A stretch of 24,000 nt of DNA from positions 442,071 to 466,070 of the forward strand of contig CAURZJ010000002.1 of NCBI GenBank assembly GCA_963529635.1, in the 5' to 3' direction. How positions within the stretch are numbered: the stretch's first letter is position 1; every line of letters starts with the position of its first letter. The position numbers and the translations under genes were made by a program. This DNA comes from an uncultured Peptococcaceae bacterium. GTDB taxonomy: Bacteria; Bacillota; Desulfitobacteriia; Desulfitobacteriales; Desulfitobacteriaceae. Below are positions 8,054 through 17,046 of this stretch, piece by piece. The notes beneath the pieces were generated by a model, which was not told the DNA's origin, ran no database searches, and saw only the letters and a program-made list of their open reading frames with translations.

Positions 8054-9397
8054 TTATACCGCTGATGATTTAACTTGCCGGGTCTCCCACCAGGTCTTAA
8101 ATACCCTCCAGCTGAAGAGCATATCTCCAAGTGTAAAAAGGAACCCGCCAAGAACTCTGATGATTAAATATGGACTAACGAGGGTCTTAACCTGTAGGAA
8201 GTCAATTCCTAAGACATGTCCCAAATAGGTTTGAAGAAAGCCGGCAGTGAGCAACGAAGTCCCCATAACGATGAGGCCAACGTTTAGATTAAGCACACCA
8301 ATAAGACCTAAGAGGTAAGCTTTTTTGTTTGGTTCATTTCCATCACTTAAAATGTAATAGGCTCCTGCCAATACCAAGAAACCTAGGGCCCCAAACAAGG
8401 CGAAGTGCGCATGCCCAGAAGTAATATACGTTCCATGAACATAGAGATTAATCCAGGGAACAGTCATAATAAATCCCAAGAAAGATGCTCCCACGATATG
8501 ATAAAACATACTACTTAGAATCAGCGAGGCTGTCAATTTTTCTCGTCGCCCCATCGGACGACGTTTTTTTAATCCCTTATAAGTCAATTGTGCAAGTAGA
8601 AATACCGGAATGACTTGAATTACACTAAACACTGTTCCGATAATCAGCCATACTGACGGATACCCAATCCAATAATAATGATGACCCGTGCCAAATAACC
8701 CACCTGAGACCGCCAAACCCGCCTCCAGGTATAGCCATTTTTCCATGTCTTTTTTTTCCGCTAAACCTGATACTACAAAGAAAGCCGCAACAAATCCACT
8801 CGTGGTAAGTTCAAACGCCATCTCTTCCCAGGCATGAACGACCCAGAATTTCACAGCTTCATCAGCCACGGGGTTCCGAATCTTAAGTACGTTTGGAACT
8901 AAAAGAATAAATAAAAAGATAAAACCTGTTGTCATTACCACAGAGGCAGGCGTAAGATATTTCTTTCCCTTCCAGAGCGTCCTGATCAAGTTATACGTCC
9001 CAAGCGCGATGGCTAAGGAAATTCCCGCATAGAAATAGGGTAATCCATCCAGATATTCTCTTCCATTTCCTATTCGTAAGGCTAAGGTTCCAAATAGCCC
9101 ACCAGAAGAGAGTAGCACAACGGCAAACTGCCACTTAGCGATTTTTAGAGAATAAATCTCTGATTTTAGCTCTCGAACTGTGAAATAGTAAACCATCCCC
9201 ATGGTACCAATAAGTGGCCAGAAGGTCGCAAAGGCCAGATGAATTGACCGTCCATATTCGTAAGGAATTGGAGACGGCAAATCTGGGATGATTAAGTCAC
9301 TCGCACCCAACAAGCCGACGATCCCCTGTACAAAAAACAAAAAGACGGCATAGAGGACGTACCAGCGTGCAATTTTATCTCCCTGAAACGTTTTCAT
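8054..9397 (-). CDS. norB: Nitric oxide reductase large subunit (NorB-like heme-copper oxidase family protein)
   Basis: YGRSIHLAFATFWPLIG, VVHAWEEMAFELTTSGF, GTGHHYYWIG, YVHGTYITSGHAHFALFG; multi-TM; downstream of a NorC-like cytochrome. Confidence 0.85.
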   Translation of the reverse strand: MKTFQGDKIARWYVLYAVFLFFVQGIVGLLGASDLIIPDLPSPIPYEYGRSIHLAFATFWPLIGTMGMVYYFTVRELKSEIYSLKIAKWQFAVVLLSSGGLFGTLALRIGNGREYLDGLPYFYAGISLAIALGTYNLIRTLWKGKKYLTPASVVMTTGFIFLFILLVPNVLKIRNPVADEAVKFWVVHAWEEMAFELTTSGFVAAFFVVSGLAEKKDMEKWLYLEAGLAVSGGLFGTGHHYYWIGYPSVWLIIGTVFSVIQVIPVFLLAQLTYKGLKKRRPMGRREKLTASLILSSMFYHIVGASFLGFIMTVPWINLYVHGTYITSGHAHFALFGALGFLVLAGAYYILSDGNEPNKKAYLLGLIGVLNLNVGLIVMGTSLLTAGFLQTYLGHVLGIDFLQVKTLVSPYLIIRVLGGFLFTLGDMLFSWRVFKTWWETRQVKSSAV

Positions 9398-9810
9398 AAG
9401 CCCTCCCTGCCCTCCATATCTCTCGATTTCGGAGGCCATCCTAAGGTCGGGATTTTGTCGAGGTATTCAAGATAACTAATGAGGTACACAGCTTCCGTCC
9501 GTTTCAAACCGGGATGTTTATGCTTTTTATTGGGTGGATAGGCGGGTGGATTAAGAAAAAAGTCCACAAGATAGGCTGAATCTCTCTTCGTCGTGATATG
9601 CGTCAAGTCTTCACCGACATACCCCCCATTGCCAAATAAGGTGTGACAACTCACACAATTGTATTTTTGCCAAACTTCCTTGCCTAGTACGCTTTCCTTT
9701 CCCATGGGTTGTGGCAAGTGCCAAGAGACATAATTGGCCCAGCTAAACAGGCCAAAGAACAAGACACTAACGAAGATAAATATTTTTAGCCTCAACTGCA
9801 CCTCATCCAT
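9394..9810 (-). CDS. norC: NorC-like membrane-anchored monoheme cytochrome c subunit
   Basis: N-terminal TM, single CXXCH (NCVSCHTLFGNGGYVGEDLTHI), overlaps the norB start. Confidence 0.85.
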   Translation of the reverse strand: MDEVQLRLKIFIFVSVLFFGLFSWANYVSWHLPQPMGKESVLGKEVWQKYNCVSCHTLFGNGGYVGEDLTHITTKRDSAYLVDFFLNPPAYPPNKKHKHPGLKRTEAVYLISYLEYLDKIPTLGWPPKSRDMEGREGL

Positions 9811-9980
9811 TTCTACTGATATCCTAAATTAACCTAGACTCATCCATCAACTTTTCTTTATTAGTATGAACCAAACGTTACAAAAGTAGTCTCTTTCCGA
9901 ATCTCCCAGGGTCTTTTGAGAACCCTCTATTGAACTCTTTGGAAAGCCCTTATAACTGCTTGTAACTCCTCTCGAAAAAA

Positions 9981-10014
9981 GAAGGGTACTTAGAAATCAC
10001 TCTAAGTACCCTTC
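9981..10014 (-). terminator. Intrinsic terminator for the glycerate kinase gene
   Basis: GAAGGGTACTTAGA-AATCAC-TCTAAGTACCCTTC, perfect 14-bp stem; minus-strand TTTTTTC follows. Confidence 0.88.
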
Positions 10015-10047
10015 CCCTTTGTAATCGAATCATTTTACACAATTACT

Positions 10048-11190
10048 CTATTTCATTATTTCACTTCCCACTCGGAGTATACGAAAGGCACGTTCTGCGG
10101 CTTCTTGAGTAAGTTCATAAGCATTATCCATCGCCTCTTCTAGTGGCATCGGTCCATTCGCAATCGCAAGAATTGAACTTAGCCCATGCTGGTAAAGAGA
10201 TTCTGAGCCTGGCCCAATCGAACCAACAATCGCCATCGTGGGTTTCCCATACTTCTTCGCTCTTTTAGCTACGCCCATCGGGACTTTCCCATAGATGGAC
10301 TGCCCGTCGATTCGACCTTCTCCAGTGATGACAATATCTGCCTGTTCAAGCATCTTGTCAAAACCTACCGTATCAAGGATCGCTTCAATTCCGGTTTTTA
10401 GTTCTGCCCCAGTGAAGGCCATAAGTCCTGCGCCCAAGCCTCCGGCTGCTCCTGCTCCAGGCACATCGATCAGATCCATTCCGTGTTGCTCCTTAATCTT
10501 CTGCGCGAAATGCCTTAAATTCTGATCAAGGCGTTCTACCATATCTGGAGTGGCACCTTTCTGAGGCCCATAAATCGCTGAAGCCCCGCGAGGACCGCAC
10601 AAGGGATTGTCCACATCACACATGACCGTTATTTTTGTCGCTGCTAAACGAGGATCTAAGCCCGTTAAATCGATGGTTTCTAAGCGTTCAAGGCTACCTC
10701 CGCCAGGTCCCAGTTCCTGTCCTTCTTTGTCCAGAAGCCTCGCCCCGAGAGCTTGAGCCATTCCTGCTCCGCCATCGTTCGTTGCGCTCCCGCCGATTCC
10801 AATCACGATATGTTTTGCCCCCAAATCCATCGCCTTACGAATCAGTTCGCCAGTTCCCCAGGTAGTTGTTACCCAGGGGTTTCTTTTTTCCTTAGGAACG
10901 AGGGGTAGGCCAGAGGCTGAAGCCATCTCTAAGATAACCGTACCATCCGGTAACTGTCCAAGAATTGCTTCGATGGATTCGCCAATGGGGGAGGTGACCC
11001 TCATCGTTTGGGTTCGCCCTTTTCCAGCTTGAACAATCGCTTCGACCGTTCCTTCTCCTCCATCAGCCATAATAATTATGTCTGTCGTAGCCTCAGGGAA
11101 TACTCGCTTAATTCCCGCAGTAATGGCTTCCCCTGCCTTTTGACTGCTTAAACTTCCTTTAAAGGAATCTACGGCGATGAGAACATGCAT
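10048..11190 (-). CDS. glxK: Glycerate 2-kinase (GarK/GlxK family)
   Basis: MHVLIAVDSFKGSLSS, IIIMADGGEGTVEA, GIGGSATNDGGAGMAQALG, TGEGRIDGQSIYGK. Confidence 0.92.
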   Translation of the reverse strand: MHVLIAVDSFKGSLSSQKAGEAITAGIKRVFPEATTDIIIMADGGEGTVEAIVQAGKGRTQTMRVTSPIGESIEAILGQLPDGTVILEMASASGLPLVPKEKRNPWVTTTWGTGELIRKAMDLGAKHIVIGIGGSATNDGGAGMAQALGARLLDKEGQELGPGGGSLERLETIDLTGLDPRLAATKITVMCDVDNPLCGPRGASAIYGPQKGATPDMVERLDQNLRHFAQKIKEQHGMDLIDVPGAGAAGGLGAGLMAFTGAELKTGIEAILDTVGFDKMLEQADIVITGEGRIDGQSIYGKVPMGVAKRAKKYGKPTMAIVGSIGPGSESLYQHGLSSILAIANGPMPLEEAMDNAYELTQEAAERAFRILRVGSEIMK

Positions 11191-11354
11191 CGAATCACCC
11201 TCTTCGTAATATTCGTATCCTTACCCTCACATGCTGACATTTTAAACAAAATTCTATTCGATTCACCATCGAATGGCAACTATTTTTCTCTAAACTTGTC
11301 TATACTAAGTTTGCCAAACCTTGGCCAATTCATCCTGTTAGTGGAGGACTAAAC

Positions 11355-12332
11355 ATGGCTTTTGAGTTTCTTAAAAAAGGGAATGCTTCATCAGGTATTG
11401 CAACTGTCGGAAATATTGGTCTAGCGATTATTAAATGGATTGCTGCCGTTATAAGTGGTAGTGGGGCAATGTTTGCAGAAGCCATGCATACTCTTGCCGA
11501 TGCTGTGAATCAAGGCTTCGTCTTCGCTGGAAGTATACTCGCAGAGCGAACACCCACTCGACGTTTTCCCAGTGGTTTTGGAAGACTTATCAACGTTTTC
11601 TGTATGATTGCGGTTATCGTTGTGACCATCATGGCCTATGAGACCATCTTAGAAGGCATCCATCTTATCCAGCATCCCATTCAAACCTCCAGTCTTTTCC
11701 TGACCTTAGCCATTCTCTTATTATCTATCGTCGTCGATGGTTATGTTCTCTTCAAAGCCTTCCGAGAAATAGCGAAAGAAACTCAAACGGAAACCCAAGG
11801 AAGGAACCTAATTGCCAACGCATTTCGCAATGTCGGCCGTGCTGCGCCCCCGACCAGGTTGGTATTTTATGAGGATTTAGTCGCCACTTCGGGCGCAACA
11901 CTGGCATTTTTAGCGATTCTAATTAGCCATTACTCTCCCTTTAAAATACTCGATGGAATTGCCGCCGTTATCATTGGATTGATGATGGGTGGAGCAGCCT
12001 TCAAGGTGGGCTATGATAATATGGTCGGACTTATAGGCGTCGCTGCACCACAAGAAGCCGAAGATAAAGTTGCCCAAATCATTCTTTCCGATCCTGATGT
12101 TCGCGATATAAATAAAATGCGAATTATTCAAGAAGGACGATTTTATCATGCCGAAAGTTATATCGAATTACGCTCAGGGCTGACCCTCGCTGATGCGGAT
12201 GATATTAAATTTCGAGTGCGTGATTCCTTACTTGCAAGCCCGGACATCTCCGATGTAACACTCGGAATCATCGAGGATAATGGAGTGATAGATTGGAATC
12301 CAGAAAATCCGCCCGATCAAATTCTCCATTAG
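11355..12332 (+). CDS. Cation diffusion facilitator (CDF) family metal transporter
   Basis: AEAMHTLADAVNQGFVFAGS, TRRFPSGFGRLINVFCMI, C-terminal cytoplasmic domain. Confidence 0.85.
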   Translation: MAFEFLKKGNASSGIATVGNIGLAIIKWIAAVISGSGAMFAEAMHTLADAVNQGFVFAGSILAERTPTRRFPSGFGRLINVFCMIAVIVVTIMAYETILEGIHLIQHPIQTSSLFLTLAILLLSIVVDGYVLFKAFREIAKETQTETQGRNLIANAFRNVGRAAPPTRLVFYEDLVATSGATLAFLAILISHYSPFKILDGIAAVIIGLMMGGAAFKVGYDNMVGLIGVAAPQEAEDKVAQIILSDPDVRDINKMRIIQEGRFYHAESYIELRSGLTLADADDIKFRVRDSLLASPDISDVTLGIIEDNGVIDWNPENPPDQILH

Positions 12333-12342
12333 TTTAGACCTA

Positions 12343-12639
12343 CTAACAACAACTATCGCTACTTCCAGAACAATCACAGCTCGGTTCTGTACCGGTCAGC
12401 CAACCCTTAATAATAGCTGATGCACAGCCCACACCAGGCTTAACCTCCAAGGCTTGAAACGGGCAATTTCTAACGCAGGCTCCACATTCCATACAGCGGT
12501 CCCTATCTGCAATCACTAAATTACGATCCGTCATTAAAAATACTTGATGCGGACAAACTTCGATACACTTACCACAGCCGGTACATTTTTCGGACTCAAA
12601 CCTTAAAATCGCGACATTTTTCAAATATAGAGGTCTCAT
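12343..12639 (-). CDS. hgcB: HgcB, 2x[4Fe-4S] ferredoxin of mercury methylation
   Basis: CGKCIEVCP and CMECGACVRNCP clusters, VKPGVGCAS cysteine, C-terminal vicinal cysteines (SDSCC*), directly downstream of hgcA. Confidence 0.93.
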   Translation of the reverse strand: MRPLYLKNVAILRFESEKCTGCGKCIEVCPHQVFLMTDRNLVIADRDRCMECGACVRNCPFQALEVKPGVGCASAIIKGWLTGTEPSCDCSGSSDSCC

Positions 12640-12671
12640 ATTTCTAACATCCTTCCTATAATCCTTCTATA

Positions 12672-13670
12672 CTAAATGAAACTATTGATTAAAATCAGAA
12701 CTCCCCCTAAGAATATGGAAATAATGATCGCAGGAACAGCCACTCGCATCTCTTTTAATACACCTGAAAAGGACGTAAAGGTCGAAGAACCTGTAAAATT
12801 CATAGCATAGTAGGCCGATACAGGAGGCAAAATCAGCAAATACCCTAATGCTCGCAGGAGACTATATTGAGGTGTAGCAGGCCATCCATTGAGTCCATTA
12901 ACAAGGAAAGCCCAGAGTAATCCTAAAAGCCATCCCTTCCAAGCAAAAGCCCTACCGGGAATCCAGGGCAACAGGATTGGGGTTAAGACACATCCTACGA
13001 TAATTGCACCTGCATAAGCGTAAAAATCAATAACACCGAAGGGCCCCATCCCAATAAGATTAAGTAAAAAGAGCATCCCAAAAACCATTAAGGAAACCTT
13101 ATACGTACTCACTAAATCCACTGGAGTCAAAACCATTCTATCATAAGCATTAAAATTGACGGTCCGCATCTCAGGCGTAGCTTTCATTCCTAAATTAAGA
13201 AACTCCTTAATATCCTTTGCCTTCACAGGCCCATAAATCACCTTGAAACCCGTGAACTTAGTAATCATATGTGCACTTACCCCCGGTGCGCCCAATTGGG
13301 GTAGAATGATGGTCTTATGAGATACAACCTTGGATAATTGAACGTTTGTTATACGGTTAAGTAGCTCTTGTGTACCGAAGGTTCCTTTTCCTGCAGCACA
13401 CCACACATTGACGCCCTTCGTATCAAGCGTTAGAATCCAGGCATTTATTCCCTTCAGTTCCTTCCTTAGCATATCAAAACTCAGTTTATAATTCGCACTT
13501 ACGAAGACTGGAGAATTGCTATCCGGTTTTCCCACACTATAAAGACCAGGCTCTACTTTAAAATTCATTCGGTCAATTCCCCAGCGAACCTTCCAGGCAC
13601 CCAGGATATCCTTAAAGGTCAATTCAGTTGACGTTGGTGTGATTATAATTTCCCTGTTTGTAATCTCCAT
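12672..13670 (-). CDS. hgcA: HgcA, corrinoid-dependent mercury methyltransferase
   Basis: Diagnostic cap-helix motif NVWCAAGKG followed by multiple C-terminal TM helices; adjacent hgcB. Confidence 0.95.
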   Translation of the reverse strand: MEITNREIIITPTSTELTFKDILGAWKVRWGIDRMNFKVEPGLYSVGKPDSNSPVFVSANYKLSFDMLRKELKGINAWILTLDTKGVNVWCAAGKGTFGTQELLNRITNVQLSKVVSHKTIILPQLGAPGVSAHMITKFTGFKVIYGPVKAKDIKEFLNLGMKATPEMRTVNFNAYDRMVLTPVDLVSTYKVSLMVFGMLFLLNLIGMGPFGVIDFYAYAGAIIVGCVLTPILLPWIPGRAFAWKGWLLGLLWAFLVNGLNGWPATPQYSLLRALGYLLILPPVSAYYAMNFTGSSTFTSFSGVLKEMRVAVPAIIISIFLGGVLILINSFI

Positions 13671-13713
13671 AATACTCTCCCCTTCTTCCTGTCACATTCC
13701 GCCAGCAGCTTTG

Positions 13714-14004
13714 CTACTCGCCATCCTCATGCGGCTCAATCTCGGACAAAAATCTAGCCACCTCTTCGACAACCTTGCTATTATTTCGGTAATACATCCA
13801 TGCCCCCTCACGTCTACCCACAACGATTCCACATTCACACAAAATCTTCATATGATAGGACAAGGTGGGTTGGGTAATGTTAAAATTCTCAAGTAATTGG
13901 CAGGCGCACCTTTCGCCCTCCGAAAGTAACTCAACGATTTTAAGGCGCGTCTCATCGGCAAGGGCCTTAAAAATCAGAATATATTCAAGGTAGGTATACT
14001 CCAT
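13714..14004 (-). CDS. arsR: ArsR/SmtB family transcriptional regulator with CxC site
   Basis: ADETRLKIVELLSEGERCACQLLENFNITQPTLSYHMKILCECGIVVGRREGAWMYY; start MEYTYLEY with GGAGAG RBS. CAC in the DNA-binding helix resembles the ArsR CVC metalloid site. Confidence 0.92.
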   Translation of the reverse strand: MEYTYLEYILIFKALADETRLKIVELLSEGERCACQLLENFNITQPTLSYHMKILCECGIVVGRREGAWMYYRNNSKVVEEVARFLSEIEPHEDGE

Positions 14005-14050
14005 GAAAATCTCTCCTATCGTCATCATATTTATAATTATCTATATGCTA

Positions 14051-14094
14051 ATTATATTCATTATATAGATGATTGTCTATATAATGAATATAAT
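14051..14094 (-). promoter_or_regulatory. Promoter and ArsR-type operator of arsR-hgcA-hgcB
   Basis: ATTATATTCATTATATAGA (14051-14069) / TCTATATAATGAATATAAT (14076-14094), perfect 19-nt arms, 6-nt spacer. Minus strand -35 TAGACA (14074-14079), 17 nt, -10 TATAAT (14051-14056) lie inside it. Confidence 0.88.
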
Positions 14095-14154
14095 GAATGT
14101 ATTTGATTATGTATTTCGATTAAATATTGAAACAAAATATTAAAACTTTTCCAT

Positions 14155-14183
14155 AAAAAAGCTGCAACTAAAAAGCTGCAGCT
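14155..14183 (-). terminator. Intrinsic terminator for the VanW/CWB2 gene
   Basis: Minus strand AGCTGCA...TGCAGCT followed by TTTTTT. Confidence 0.75.
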
Positions 14184-14197
14184 GGATGAAACAATAA

Positions 14198-15940
14198 TTA
14201 TTTTTTAGCCTCTTTATAAAGCTTAAAGGTTAAGGTACCTCCTTCGACGGAACTACGAATGAGGAGATTTGCACCTGTTGTATTTTTGAATTTGAAATCA
14301 AGTATGGGATAAGCTACGGTTGCGTCCTGTCCGGGTGGAACATAACTAATGGGCAAGGTATGATGATGTCGTTCCAGTATTTCTAAATTGGCAAGAATAG
14401 CTGCATTATATAAGGTGGAAGAGACTTGGCAAATTCCTCCTCCAAGCCCTGGGGTAAAGACATCTCCTTCGATAATCAACGCCTCTTTATAACCCGCTTC
14501 AGCCGTTCGTTCTCCGACACTCCCATTGAAGGAGAACCGCTCTCCGGGTGCTAAGCGTTTCCCATCGAGAGCCTTTGCAGCAAGGCGAATATTCACGGTG
14601 CGATTAATCTGGCTAGCATCAAAATAGGTTGTGTATTGAGCGATGGGTAAAGGCTCTTTGACCGTAAGATTAAGTTTTACAGTAGTACCATATCCTTCGG
14701 CTGTTCCTTCATATACACTTGACCCTACTTTACTGGTATTTACAATCGTAGGATTCCACTTTACGGGCAAGGCAATAGGATCACTGTTGTAAAGTTTTGC
14801 TTGAACGGTCGTAGGTAAAGAGTAGCCTTCATTTTGTCTAACCTCTGCTGCTATATCCGCTATTGAATGAATACTTGTATCTTTCGCAGTTCCCGAAAGC
14901 AGGTCAAGCGAACTCTTAATTATTGCCTCCGTTACAACTCCACTGCCGCCAAATGAAACTAAGTTAGGACTAATCTTATTTTCGTAAAGTTTACTAAAAT
15001 AAGTGGCCACTGATTTTGGCAAAGTGGGCACGGAAGGGTCTATAAATATGATGGGATCCCCATTTTTGGCTGCTACGATACTACCCGCCATCGCATCCGC
15101 AAATCCGTAGCCTGTTGCGAGATAGACCGTCGATGGATTGGGTGAAAAAGTCTCAGCAATGTTAACATTAGTATCAAACCGAGATAGTCCTATCAGGCGC
15201 TCAACACTAGCTTGTGGCGCCCAATGACCGACTTCAGCTTCTAGATCCTCGGAAATTGCTCCTGTTCCCCCAGTAATGTATACTTTCGACGGCTTCTTTT
15301 CCAGTAAAAAGTTTTTGATTTCTAGAGGGAGTTTATCCTGAGGAGATAACAAAATCGGCCAGCCTTTATTCGCCGCAAAACTTGAGATACTTAAGGCATC
15401 TGGATATTGTTCTCCAGAGGATATCACAACTGTGGAAGCAGTAATCTCATGAAGCGAACGGGCTATTTGATAAGAGGTATCATATCTGTCCAAACCAGCA
15501 ATTCTCACAACTTTAGTAAAGCCAAAGGCAGTTAGCTTAGTCTCAAATTCAGTGCCTATTATTCCAGGACCGCCAATAATATAGACTGTTCCGGTTGAGT
15601 CGAGATGTTGACGGACATAGTCAAAGGCCTCCTTAGAGCGATCTACAGTAGCATCCACTAAGAGTATTGGGGCTTTTTTCTCTTGGGCTAGGACGCTAGC
15701 AGATAAAGCATCTGCAAATTCATTTCCAGTGGATAGGATAACGTTCTGAACCTTTCCACTGGCATAATACTCAGAGATTACCTTGGCAGTCTCATATCGT
15801 GTATCCCCAGAAAGCCTATCAGAACGAAGGTTTTGTGATATATCAGCTGAACTTGGATTGTTAGTAACAGCAAAAGCAGGCGTTCCTAAAAAAAGGTTAC
15901 CACATAAGATGAAACTTGTGACGATTCTCCTTTTATTCAC
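14198..15940 (-). CDS. Secreted protein with three cell-wall-binding-2 repeats and a C-terminal VanW domain
   Basis: Signal peptide; repeats RLSGDTRYETA, RIAGLDRYDTSYQIA, RLIGLSRFDTNVNIA; VanW core GERTAEAGYKEALIIEGDVFTPGLGGGICQVSSTLYNAAILANLEILERHHH. Confidence 0.9.
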   Translation of the reverse strand: MNKRRIVTSFILCGNLFLGTPAFAVTNNPSSADISQNLRSDRLSGDTRYETAKVISEYYASGKVQNVILSTGNEFADALSASVLAQEKKAPILLVDATVDRSKEAFDYVRQHLDSTGTVYIIGGPGIIGTEFETKLTAFGFTKVVRIAGLDRYDTSYQIARSLHEITASTVVISSGEQYPDALSISSFAANKGWPILLSPQDKLPLEIKNFLLEKKPSKVYITGGTGAISEDLEAEVGHWAPQASVERLIGLSRFDTNVNIAETFSPNPSTVYLATGYGFADAMAGSIVAAKNGDPIIFIDPSVPTLPKSVATYFSKLYENKISPNLVSFGGSGVVTEAIIKSSLDLLSGTAKDTSIHSIADIAAEVRQNEGYSLPTTVQAKLYNSDPIALPVKWNPTIVNTSKVGSSVYEGTAEGYGTTVKLNLTVKEPLPIAQYTTYFDASQINRTVNIRLAAKALDGKRLAPGERFSFNGSVGERTAEAGYKEALIIEGDVFTPGLGGGICQVSSTLYNAAILANLEILERHHHTLPISYVPPGQDATVAYPILDFKFKNTTGANLLIRSSVEGGTLTFKLYKEAKK

Positions 15941-16071
15941 TAATGCTACACCCCTTCGATTTGGTACCTGATTATTATCTCATCAAGAAGAAGTGAAGCG
16001 TGTCGAAACGGACATTTTAATAAGGTACTTTAAATTAGCAAAAGTGTCCTATTTAAACGAATATGGGCCAA

Positions 16072-17046
16072 TCAGGGAGCATTTAACAAATGACAAGCGA
16101 CAAAGTGATTAGGAGAAACCTCTTTGAATTCAGGCTCCTTTAGCTTACATTGCTCAAGCGCCTTAAAGCAGCGGGATGAAAAACGGCAGCCTGCAGGCGG
16201 GTTAATGGGGCTGGGTACGTCACCCTCTAAAATGATGCGTTCCTTCTTCTTTTCTGGATTAATCACAGGGATAGCGGAAAGCAGCGCTTGGGTATAGGGG
16301 TGAAGAGGATTAGCGTAAAGCTCTTTCTTCGGTGCGATTTCCATGAGTTTTCCCAGATACATCACCCCAACTCGGTCACTGATATGTTTAACCACGTTCA
16401 AGCCATGGGCGATGAAGAGATAGGTCAGCCCGAACTCCTCCTTCAGGTCATCCAACAGATTCAATACCTGAGCTTGAATGGACACATCCAGGGCAGAGAC
16501 CGGTTCGTCACATACGATTAGCTTGGGCTCAACAGCCAGTGCGCGGGCAATCCCTACACGTTGTCGTTGTCCACCTGAGAATTCATGGGGATAACGGTTG
16601 CGTTGGTGGCGGGCTAGCCCCACACAGTTCAAGAGATAGATAACACGTTCTTCCACTTGATTCATAGGCAACAATTTATTGATGACGATCGGTTCAGCGA
16701 TGATGTCGCCGATGGTCATTTTAGGGTTTAAGGACGCGTAAGGGTCCTGAAAAATCATTTGAATATCCTTACAGTAAGAACGACGCTGCTCTTCGTTAAG
16801 AACCGTCAGTTCCTTTCCCTCAAAGATGATTTTACCACTCGTAGGGCTGTAAAGATTGACCAGGATTTTACCAAGCGTTGTTTTTCCGCAGCCGGATTCC
16901 CCAACTAGTCCAAACGCCTCTCCTTTATGTATATTTAAAGACACGCCGTCAACAGCTTTCAAATGCTTAACTGCCTTACCGAGGAAATTGGTATCGACTA
17001 CAAAGTGTTTAGCCAGGTTTTGGATATCCATCAAAACTTCACTCAT
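16072..17046 (-). CDS. dppF: Oligo/dipeptide ABC transporter ATP-binding protein (copy 1)
   Basis: Walker A GESGCGKTT, signature FSGGQRQRVGIARAL, Walker B LIVCDEPVSALD, C-terminal oligopeptide_HPY extension. Confidence 0.92.
   Translation of the reverse strand: MSEVLMDIQNLAKHFVVDTNFLGKAVKHLKAVDGVSLNIHKGEAFGLVGESGCGKTTLGKILVNLYSPTSGKIIFEGKELTVLNEEQRRSYCKDIQMIFQDPYASLNPKMTIGDIIAEPIVINKLLPMNQVEERVIYLLNCVGLARHQRNRYPHEFSGGQRQRVGIARALAVEPKLIVCDEPVSALDVSIQAQVLNLLDDLKEEFGLTYLFIAHGLNVVKHISDRVGVMYLGKLMEIAPKKELYANPLHPYTQALLSAIPVINPEKKKERIILEGDVPSPINPPAGCRFSSRCFKALEQCKLKEPEFKEVSPNHFVACHLLNAP

Noticed and set aside
8007-8228. 73-aa plus-strand ORF
   Set aside because: Mostly antisense to the norB 3' end, with no protein-family features.
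13639-13896. 85-aa plus-strand ORF antisense to arsR
   Set aside because: Overlaps well-supported arsR and hgcA coding sequence on the opposite strand, no domain.
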